A DNA stretch of 64,000 bases from Macrostomum hystrix (taxonomy: Eukaryota > Animalia > Platyhelminthes), in NCBI GenBank assembly GCA_950097015.1, contig CATNEN010000007.1:496001-560000 (forward strand). Reading direction: 5' to 3'. Made by a program: the position numbers and the translations under genes. Below are positions 38,235-48,800 of the stretch, one piece after another (the first letter of the stretch is position 1; each line of letters starts with the position of its first letter). A model generated the notes under the pieces. That model searched no databases. It saw only the letters and a program-made list of their open reading frames with translations, and was not told the origin of the DNA.

Positions 38235-38353
38235 GCGGCACCGCCTCGCTGGAGGCTGTCTGGCTGCCAGGGGTTAGCGATATGGGCGGCACCAGCCGCC
38301 TCCTCGCTGCGTCCGTCATGGAGGCTCCCTGCCGCTAAGTCAAGCAAGTCAAA

Positions 38354-38600
38354 GGGGATACATGTGCAACATAGCACAGCCGTAGCTATTGCGCGGCTCA
38401 TCTAAAGGCAGCATACAGCTGTTCAGTCCATGGACCGGGGGCCACACCTACCCTCAATTACCAGCTTTACAGCTGTGTGAACTGAAGAAATGCTGAGTGA
38501 GTTGTCCTGCGAATGGGCACGAGTTGTTCCAGCGAAGTCGGAATCGAACCCCGACCTTCAAGTCGATTAGTTTGAGAAAACCACTAGGCTACAAACCCTG
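38354..38600 (-). mobile_element. SINE-like family B copy whose 3' tail was split by the LINE
   Basis: The joined pre-insertion sequence acttgcccattggggatacatgtgcaacatagcacagcc aligns with the 23875 copy (acctgcccctatcggggcacgtgtgcagctgacagcacagc). B-box ggaatcgaac at ~38540. Confidence 0.65.
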
Positions 38601-41600
38601 ATTTAATATAATTTTATTTAAAAAGGAGTTCTTCTCACATCTGTGCTATTAATTATTTATTAAACATTTTCAGCTACTGCCAGGTCTGAAGATCAGCACT
38701 GCATCCACAACGAAGAAAATGTCATTAGAGTCATAATTGGTGATCACAACCCACAGAGGGTGAGTAGTATGTTGCAAACGGCCTTTATCGACCAGAAAAT
38801 AAGAAATCCTTAGAATAAAAGATTCTTATGTACTGAGTACGTAAGCGATGCCTTAAGAATAGCCAAGTAGGCGAGTTTTATTAGCACCCAGTTGGGTCAG
38901 ATTTGCAGCCAATGACAATAGACTGCGCTTCCAAAGGCTGTGTGCCTGTACGTGGACTGAGGAGGCCGCGACTCCCCACAAATTTTTTTATCCGAGCTAA
39001 TGCTGGCACTAGTTATATAGATGGTTAAATGTGAAGAAAATGCTATTTAAACGACTTGCTCAACCTCCAAGACACATTTAGAGCCAGGATAAAAGATAGC
39101 TGCGTCTGTTTCAGGTGATGACGTATGTCCGAGATGATCCGGGCTATACGAAGAACCTGGAGTGCACGTGGACTCTGAAGGCGATCAACTATGACCAGCC
39201 CAGATAGATGTACATTGACGTGCCCGTGGTGGACTTTGACAACAATATTGACCCGTTTTGCAACAAAACCGACGTGTTCAGCTTCTGGCATAAGTACAAC
39301 GAGAGTGAGTGGCTTGGCTTAAGACAAAAGTTTCCTCTAAGTTTCCTCTCAACCCTCGACAATTCAACACTCGTATTTAGGAGAAATCATTTATAGTAAT
39401 TTATCTAAAACTCCGAGTCACAGAGTAATTCCGTCGGCTTTCGATGCAAATTAAAACTCTAACGTGGAAGTACAAGCCGGCAATGTGTGACTTTTTATCA
39501 AGGAAAATGTGGTGCTTTCGTTTTGGCTTTACGAGTATAATTTTATTACTCTATAAATATAGCGAACATCTCTGTTTAATTATTATTGAGTATTCACAAC
39601 AGCTGCTATCAGCCGACTGCACACATTTCAGCTGCTTGGCGGCGGGAGTCCTTGTGCAGTGAATCGTCCGTGTCACGCAGTTTCCGATTCTTGCCGTTTA
39701 GACGGCAAATAATCAACTTGTGGGACCCGTGAGTAGTACTGCAGCTTCTTACTGAGCTCTCTTATCAGAATGCGAGTTGAGACCCTGCTGCTTCACTACC
39801 CACTTCACTCTGCAGGTCGTACTACCTGACTGTGGAATTCCAGTCTGACAATGAGCAAGTCCGCTCCGATGCCAAGGGATTGCAGATGGATGTGCAGGTA
39901 CTGGGCAGAGATTTTTGCCACAGGAACATGCTGTATCTCGATGACTACTGCTACCTGGTCACTCCTGAGAATGTGTCGCTAGCTCAATCCAATCAGGTTG
40001 GAAAACTCTACCTCGGCAACTTTTTCACTGTCCGAAACGCCTCTTCTGGCCGGGATATCTTAAACTTTCTGACTAGATTCTCGGAGAGAAGTACGCATTT
40101 CTTTTTCGAATTTCTGATGAGAGTATTTATGCTCAATTGTGCTCAATATTGTCATCGATTTGAATACCTCTTTGCGCTTCCCTCAGACAAAGCCAGGATA
40201 GGCGAGTTTCCTTACGAGTCGCCACTGGCCCTGACTAATCTCAGAGTGTGGACCGGCTACTTTGTGAACGAATCCTCCTTCAGCGAGGAGGACCCGGTCA
40301 TGTTTTACTCAGATCCGATAGACGACTGCTGCATTGTCAAGCAAGTGAAAGTGTGAGTGCTGCTTCTCTATTGTGAGTCTAGTCTAAATGATATTGTAAA
40401 TATCATTTGGTATAGAATGTCAATCATTCGATTTCAGGACTCGTGAGATTTTGACCGGCTGTAATAAAAACCCAGCGCCTGTAGCCCTTAATTGGCTTAG
40501 CAACGGCAGCGTGCATTTTTGCTGTGTGCCAGACAGCGATTCGATGCCAGCTCTGATCCAGTTCAGCCAGATTCCTGAAACCAAGGGCGATCTGCACCCG
40601 CAGCTGTTCAACACCTGCGACATCGCGCTGCCAACAACAACTACGACTCCGGAACCAACATTCACGCACAACCAGCACTGCATGCACAAGACAACCCAAC
40701 ACTGTCACTCATGCACAGATACATCGAGCAGCTCATGGACTGCAACTCAGCCCCTGGATGTGAAAGAGGGCGAGGCCATCTCACTCTCTGTGACGTCAGT
40801 CGGTGGGAATCCTGCACCCAGTCATGAGTGCTGGCTGCAGGTGGCTGGCAGTCAAAACATCCGCATGAATGTGACGCATGCGAGAAATGCGACTTCTCCG
40901 CACACTCAGGATATTCCACAGCTGGAACTCGTCACCAACTTCAGCTCGACATCCAGCAGACGAATCAACGGAGGCTCTGTGATGTGCAGAGTGAGTCAGG
41001 GCAGTGCGGCGGATCTGCTGAGCAACTTCAATCAGAGTGTCAACGTATTCTGTGAGTTCATGAGGAACTCCTTAAAGAATGTACACTTTTACCTACTGGA
41101 TGCCCTTTACATTTTCAAATCACTTGATGATCGAATCCTGACTCCTCAGACCAGCCTCCCAAACCAGAAATCACCGGCTTGCAGACATCTAACATCTACG
41201 AAAACGTTACAAAAATCTTCTCGGTCACATCGGGTGACGGGAATCCGAAAGTGACTCACAAATGCAGCGCTGACCACGGCCTGATTGTGAGCTGCTTTCC
41301 ATTTACTATTTCAAGCGTAAAGCTATTTGAACATAATATAAACTGCCCTCATTATCACAAAACTGGCAATATTTCAGAGTCAGCAATTCAAGCAAAGTCG
41401 TGTCAAAAAGAGTTACAACAGAAGTGAGTTTCCATTCGCATAGACAGAGCAGCACCATTCAGTGCTCAGCTGAGCAAACTCTAAACTCACAGACCTTGTT
41501 CAACAGCAGCACCGCAGTGGTCTTACAAGTGAACTGTGAGACTAAACTCACTGTGTTGTCTCTGCTTCTGATTGAACTTTGTTATAAGCATGCCAGACAG

Positions 41601-43443
41601 CTGAGTGCTGATCATCTGACTCTAGACATGGCCAACAATTCTCTGCTGAAAAGTCCAAGTTCCGGGATCGGAGACCTACAAACTATTATCAGTAGGTAGG
41701 GGGATGACTGTTGTTGAAGTTCTTAATTTTCTGTAGGCTCGATGGCCCTGTCAGTGAGTGGTGAGGGCCTGCACATTATATGCGATGGGACATTGTGAGG
41801 AATGGGGAGGAGTTGTGAATCAGTAGAAGGCTACTAGCTTAGGTGCAGCATTGAGCATCTTTTATATGTGAAGCAAGCAAAGGCTCAAGTATTTACAGCT
41901 TATCATGAACTGCACACGATAGCCTCACATCAGGAAAGTACAGAAATAGGTAGAACAAATTAACATCATTACAATACGAACAATTTATCAATGGATTCGG
42001 TGAAACATATGCAAAATTGAAGCATTCATTCTCATGAAAACCTCAGCTAAAATGCCTCAGCTGATCGCCACGCATAACCATGAGCCACAGAGGTCCATGT
42101 GGCCTCTGTTGTCCCCGCTGATTCTGCTGCCGCTGCTGCTCATCCTCGCAGTGCCTGTTTGGCTGCATCGCCGCAGACTCAACTCGGTTCGGCTACCGAT
42201 GGCCACCTCGGCTGCGGCCTCTAAAACCAGAAACGAAGAGCGCCGTTCAGCCCTGGAGCTCGAGCTGAAGTATAAAAAGCCGCACTACCTGTACCAGGTA
42301 ATATTTTCTATCGTCACTATGAGCTCGTAAACGGCCTTCTGTGAAAATCGAAGAAAAAAGGACGTTTTGCAATGTCTAGTAAAATACAGGCGTTTATAAA
42401 CTGAATGTAATACTATCTTTCATTTTGCACTTGAAGAATGATGCAATGAAGAATCCACAGGCTTCTTAAACTTTGCAACCGAATAGCTTCTCCGTCAGCA
42501 GCCGCATCATGTTCCTCATCTTCGTGCCAGATCCTGCATTTTTACCCGCAGAACTTGAGAAACACGGAATACGCCACCGTTGTGGGCTCGGTGCCCGGCC
42601 TCTCGGATAGCTGGGAGACTCTCTACCTGCCAATTGTTGGCCACCTGGATGAGGAAGGCCACCTGGTGACGGCTTGACACTTCAAAGAGTTGAGAGGATG
42701 TCGATTTGAGGAAACTAATTTAGGGATAAGTCTCATTAGAAGCAGCAGTGTCTGTGAAAGCTCAAAGCGGAAACGACTGTAACCTGCGCCAGTTTTAATT
42801 CGAGAGCAATATGCACAGATTCGATTTTATCAGCTCTATTTAGTATTATTTTCTTCTGAGAATCAGCGATTGCTTCACTAAGGTTTCCATACTCCAGTTA
42901 ATCAAAGACCTAAACTCGATTTGATTTACTTATAAATGTATTTATTTCGATACTAATTTAATGGGTGCAGTTTGTTACCGACTCCTATTAGCCCCAATTT
43001 GGCAATTTTCGCTTGTCCTATTTATTCAGTACCAAAGCGAGCGTCCGTCTTGTATGCATAATATTCATCGCTTGGCCATTAAACACTGGCACTAGCGAAG
43101 CTTTACTCCGGATGAAGCCGAGACTATATTTATAAAGTTTTGTATGAATAGCATATTTAGGTGTACAACTATCCCAGATCTGGCTCAGCTTATCTACAAT
43201 CTGCATGCTAAATATTCAGGCGAAGGTCGCATTGGAGAGTTTTGTTGAAGCGTTCCTTCTAAACATCACTGGAGTGTGTTCCATTTCTAAATTTGCTCCA
43301 ATGAACTCCTCATTTCGTATCAGCTTTCGAATGGCAGCCTGGTGTATTGGTATATAATATTCACATGTAGAGTTTCTATTTCAGAACAGCACACAGCAAA
43401 ACTTAGCAAGAGACAAGTTCCCTTCACAGTTGGTGCTGACCAG

Positions 43444-44275
43444 GGGGGTGTTTCATATAATTTACAAGTTACAAGCTACAAGCTATAAGTTTAATAGCTA
43501 CAAGCTACAAGCTACAAGCAAAAGTGTTTCACAACACTGCTTGTAGATTTCAGCCAAGAATCGTACAAGTTTGACAAGCTTGTGCGTCTTCGTCGTCTTC
43601 ATCTTCATTCACTTCATCGTCTATGGTAAAAACCTACCTATTTGGAGTGGTAGAGAGATAGAGTGGTAGGTGGTAACGACTCGAAGCTAAAAAACAAAAC
43701 TCATTTCATCCACTCTAGCTTCTTACATTCGTCTATTCGCTTTTGCTTACGATGCCTCTCTCTGCAAGTGAGAAGACGCTTCTGTTAGAGAAGATTCGCG
43801 ACGTCAAGGGAACTTTATTTGGCGAGTTCACCTCGGTGCTAACTAAAGAGAAACGAACAAACGCATGGAAGGATGTCGTCAGGACTTGCCGTGACTTGAA
43901 AATTTATCCGCGGTTTGAACATTCGTGGTCGCCTCGCAGCGTTCTGAGGCTGATCATCCTCGTCTGAGGAGTCCGACTCGAACATAGTGACTCGATTAGT
44001 GACTATGAAAGTTTTCTTTGAAAACTGTGCTTTTACTCGTAGTTTACAAGTGCGAGTAAAAGAAGGCGACTATTCAACTTGTCAGCAATTACAAGTGTTT
44101 GGGATTGTAGACATAGACGCTTCATGAAACGAAATGCTTGTAGCAAGTACTTGTAGCTACTCTCTTGTAGCTTGTAGGAACTTGTAGTTTCGGTAAAGTC
44201 TATGAAACGAAATTCACTTGTAACTTGTCACTGATCCCACTTGTACCTTCTACAAGTCATTTATGAAACACCCCC
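43444..44275 (+). mobile_element. PIF/Harbinger non-autonomous deletion derivative with a Myb/SANT-like ORF fragment
   Basis: TIRs gggggtgtttcat...atgaaacaccccc; 3 bp TSD CAG (43441-43 and 44276-78); subterminal tacaag/cttgta repeats; ORF 43743-43967 EKTLLLEKI...LFG...KRTNAWKDV. Confidence 0.85.
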
Positions 44276-45021
44276 CAGAACTGAATTAGTAAAATGCTAT
44301 CAATTTATAGCAACTTCTTCTAATTCTTAACAAATTGGGCAAGAACACTTTCCGACACTCGTGTCTTGATTTAACTTCGAGCTGCCGTATGGTCAGCTCT
44401 GCCGTTAAAGCTAAAAGCCCTATCCTGACGAGAAAATCTCGTGCTGTCTATGGGCGAGAAGTTTCACAAAAGCAGAGCCTTTCCTGCTGATCATGCTCAG
44501 CAGCGCTTACAAAGTTAGATACTGCTAAACGTGTCCATCTTGCATACGTTTGCCTACGAGTGAATATCAGCGAAGGAATATGCAGTAGACTTTCTGACTG
44601 ATGTGTAAAATGCGAGTCGTTTATTTTAACGAGAGAAAAAACTTCTTTTTGTAGTCAAATGCATTTAAAGCATTAATTTCATATGCTAGAAAAAAGATTA
44701 AGAACTAAATATGACCACATATGAACAGTGAGTGCAACATAGCGATAAATAAAGGTCTTAGTGACAAGAAGAGATGTACAGTATCGGACTTTACTGACTG
44801 CCAATGAACCATTTCATAAAGAACAGCAAAATGCAAAACAGCGTAGCAAAACCGAGACAAAACTGATTGCAGTTTAGGCAAATTGTCCCCTTGTGTGTAC
44901 TGTGATGTGCAGTAACTTTTATGATCCAACCAAATATAGTTTTGTCTCTTTAAGGAAATGCGGAACAGTTTGCGACCGACAATGACCAGACACATTCGAA
45001 ACACATCCTATGATTGTTGCT

Positions 45022-45210
45022 TCAGTAGTTATTCGCAAGCCACTCCTCGAAACAGGGGCTGGGACAAAGTGCAGGGGCGCTTGGGCACTCGGTGCAGCAG
45101 AAAACAGTGCATTTTGCGTTGCCCCTGCTGTAGCACACGCGACAACGCTTTGTCGGTCTTGGATGCGCAATTTGCTGGGCATATGTTTTCAGCGAGTGCA
45201 CAATCAACAT
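45022..45210 (-). mobile_element. piggyBac transposase C-terminal Cys-rich domain remnant
   Basis: CRVC...TVFCCTEC...ALCPSPCFEEW matches the piggyBac CRD spacing. No TTAA-flanked ends were identified. Confidence 0.6.
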
Positions 45211-45858
45211 GTAAACATGGGCACAGCAGCTGCGCAGTTTAAATGCTGGTACTGCTTGTGAGTAATATTAGAGTTCCTGTTGTTGTAAAAATGTTGTAGC
45301 CTTTGTTGTAGCTTTTAGAAGAGATACAGAGATTAAATTGGTTTACCAATGTCCTAAGTTCGTATACGATTGGAATGTGCTGCGTGTGCTTGTTGTACAG
45401 TAATTCTAAATTGGCTTTTAGTGTTCACAGATAAGATTTTAGCGAATGGATTTAGACTCATTCAGATTGCGCACGCGATTGCTGAGTGACCTTCAGGTTG
45501 CAAAGGAGTTGAGGTGAGGTGAGGCTCAAAAATATATACAAGCTAAATTGAAAAAGCAAAGCTAAAAATTCATTTAAGAAATTTTATTTAGCAACTTTTC
45601 GTCAGCCAATGGTTTCGTTAACCATAGCCAGAACCTCTCTTGGTCTGATTTCATTGGGTAGGTCCGAAGTAGACAAACTGGCGGAACTTAAACCTTAAAT
45701 AAGTGAAAACTGTTCAATTCCATAGGACAATACCTCGTCACTTTCAATAAAACCTACTGCCTCACTTTGTCGCAAAGCAATTAAAAGTTTTATCATAATT
45801 TCTTTATCTTTCTAGGTAGACTTTCAGACTCAGCTGGAATCCATTAGCCTCCTTATCG

Positions 45859-48800
45859 ATGGATTTCAGGCTGATGCTAACCTGCAGCTGTATGATCTGC
45901 ATCTTCTCTGGGTGTGAGCTTTTCATTCAGGTTTTGAGCTGCTTTTGAGTTTCAGCTGTTGATCCATCGGTAGCTCGCAACAGCTACGAAATCATCGAAA
46001 TTCCGTAAATGCATCCTCACCTGTTACTCATTCTTCAGGCAGCGGCTTCAACGTCACCAAAGCCGAAATCGCCGACGCCTGGCAGTCGTCCTGGCTCGAG
46101 AGCGACAGTCGCTGCTTCCGCCACTCATCGGCCAGACCTGGCGATACGGACTTTTTTCACTCCAGCAACACTCCGGACAGCTCGGGCTACCAGTGGCTGC
46201 TGCTGAAGCTGAGCCGCTGTGTCCGAGTGCGCTCCGTCACTGTCTATGGGAGGCCGGAGGGTGCGCAAAAGGCAAATTCGATTCAGCCTCTTAGCTACTC
46301 GATCATAATTAGTCTTGTAGAGTCTTCTATGCCCTATCAAACTATTGACACAACCTCACAATGCCAGTATAATTCAACTTTTTATTGTATTAGCTTTCCA
46401 ATTAGGTTGCGTTTTGTAAGTTTGGTACGTAGCATTTTTTCAGTAATAGTGTCTTCTTCTCCAGTTCCTGCCAGTGAAAGAGTCAGGGCCCAGGGCATTG
46501 AGGTGCTGCTCAGCGACCAGCAACCGGTCGGTCTGACTGAGAATCCGCCAGGCTGCACAGCGAGCTTCACTCACAATGTGACCGGATTTCACCTGTGCGT
46601 CTCCACCGGCTACTCGGAGAAGCCGGGCTTCGAGTACAAAGTGAACTGCACGGATGGGAATCATGAAAAGGTTTGATCTGCTTGGTGCAATGTTGGTACA
46701 TTGTTGGTGCATTTTCCAATAAAATAATATTTTATTATTTTGATTGCAGATGACCCAGTTTGTACTACTCAGGAAGTTCGTAAACAATCAGACTAATGAT
46801 AAGCACATGAACTTCAGACTTCTTGAAATCGATGGAGGTGTGTCATTTTACTCTTAATTTAACTCAAGCAAAATTAAGAAATTTTACATAATTAAATTAT
46901 TGCTTACTTTTTCATCTATATCATAAACTGAGTTTTTTTATGTTTGTATTTGTATTTGTCAGTTTCAGAACAGTTCTGTATATTCGATGAAGCCGGCTGC
47001 ACAGACCAGTCATTGTCCGTATTGAAGCCCTACGAAAATGTCATGATCAGAGCATGGTGGCCGTGTGGCAGCCAGCCAGTCAGCACCAACTGCAACATCG
47101 AACTGCCTGACGGGACTGTCAGACAACTGACAATTGTATGCTCCTTGCATTTGCATTGTGTGTACTCGTACATTGTGCGAATTCCTAAACAACAGGTCGA
47201 GACTGTTTGACATTTCAGATGAGCCGTAACACCGAGTATGCGATCATAAAACTCACCGATGTATCATTTAAACTTCACGAATCGACTCTGCAATGTCATC
47301 ACAGCTACGGCAATGGGACATCAATCGAGACTTCACAACTTCTTGGAGTCTTCGGTGCGATTGCTTAAAAGTCGGAGATATATTGTAACTTTAAGCTCTG
47401 CTGTTCCATTTTATATTTTCTGGACTCAAGATGACTCATACCCATTGACCCCTCAACGAATACATTTAGCACATGCAACTGATTTTACAAGGCAACTAAA
47501 TTGATTCCAATTTCTGATTCATTTTAACTGCGGTATTTTAGTGAAATCATCAAAATACGACATCGACTTCAACATCACGAAGTTCTGGGTTGTGGGACGG
47601 ACAGCAGTGTTTACATTCATCACTGAAGGCTCGTTCCCGATGCCAGTGCACAGGTGCTGGCTGGTGAATGCTTCTGGTTGGCCAATGAACTCTGTGCTCC
47701 CTAAAATCTCAGTAAGAGAGAAATTTCAGTAAGAAAGAATCTCATGTGTTGGAATATTTTATCAGGAATAAAATAGTAAGCTTAATAGTAAGCTATCATC
47801 TTAAGAACGGCAGTGTCAATAAGAAGCCACCATTTTCAGAACAAGAACTCCAGCAATGGTTTCTTAATCAATCTGAGCACAAACTTCAGTGTGTCTGTAG
47901 AGGCCACCCTCGAAGGGCAATCTTTGCATTGTGTGGCTCAGGTAGCTGGTTCAAAAACAAGCGTCAATAAAAAGATCCCCAGGCTACTGAGTAAGTTCTC
48001 AACGATTGGCCTGAAAATATAAGCATTAAATTAAGTTTCTTTAAACCTTGAAGCCCGATGCCTTACAGAGCGCTGTGACACGCAGTTTCACCTGAAGCCA
48101 TCAGCCAGCTGGATTGACGGGCAAACAGCAGTCGTGACAGTCGACTCATCAGATGAGGTCAGAACTGGTGGAGGAGGAGCTAATGTGACATCAGCCAAAA
48201 ACTGGGTGCCAACAAGCCATGCGTGTTTCATTCGAGACGATGGAAACAGATCGCTGCCGATGCAGCTTGTTGAAGTGAGTTGCAGAAGTGGATGTTCTGA
48301 AACTCATATGTTAAATTTTCTTAGGAAACTTTTTGTAACAATGAAAAACAATATCAATAGGATCGTATACTTGCGAATTGTTGGAAACGAACAAGTTATA
48401 GAATAAAAAAAGAATTGGCAATATTTCAGAACAGCAACATGAGCAGCACATTCTCGGTGAATGTGAAGCAGACACTGGGGCAGCTCAGCATCGATTGCGT
48501 GCCTGGTTAATCAGTCAGGACTCATCGAGACCTGGGCTCATCACAGACTGCCACCTGTGCTGTGTGAGTTTATGGTGTTTTTGTGCATAAACCCTTTAAC
48601 TTATACAAATAGGCTTTATGCACATTTATTGCTCTTTTACATATAATCACACATACATAGACTGTCACAATGCATTTGAATACGCATTCAGTTATAAAGC
48701 CGGTGCGTAAAAGGCTGGACTGTTAAATGTTTATTCATATACACAGTATTCTGTGATTCAATCTATCTATGACATTCAAACTGCGAAGTTTAAATAATAT

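Larger units (their letters stand above)
32116..38353 (+). mobile_element. Full-length non-LTR retrotransposon, two ORFs, LOA-like (I/R1 group)
   Basis: Flanked by the direct repeat ggggatacatgtgc (32102-32115 and 38354-38367). ORF1 plus an APE-RT-RNaseH-CCHC ORF2. 3' tail aagtcaagcaagtcaaa. Clade assignment is an inference from domain content. Confidence 0.95.
30488..42677 (+). pseudogene. Type I membrane receptor, SP-CUB-C-type-lectin-like-stalk-Ig-Ig-TM-tail ('gene A'), with an in-frame stop
   Basis: Exons 30488-30551 (signal-like MPGGCVEHLLCLTCAFCCIFN, phase 1), 38674-38759, 39115-39304 (GYTKNLECTWTL; TAG at 39205-39207), 39632-39728, 39816-40090 (VEFQSD; FC..DYCY), 40187-40352 (WTGY), 40501-41051 (TTTTT stalk; Ig with GGNPAP and VMCRV), 41150-41286, ~41394-41535, 42047-42297 (TM), 42552-42677. 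Phases are consistent except at ~41290-41394. Confidence 0.7.

Noticed and set aside
38280-38330. Second HDV-like core in the LINE 3' UTR (cctcctcgct)
   Set aside because: P3, P1 and P2 partners could not be assigned; the segment overlaps a simple ggcggc/gccgcc hairpin.
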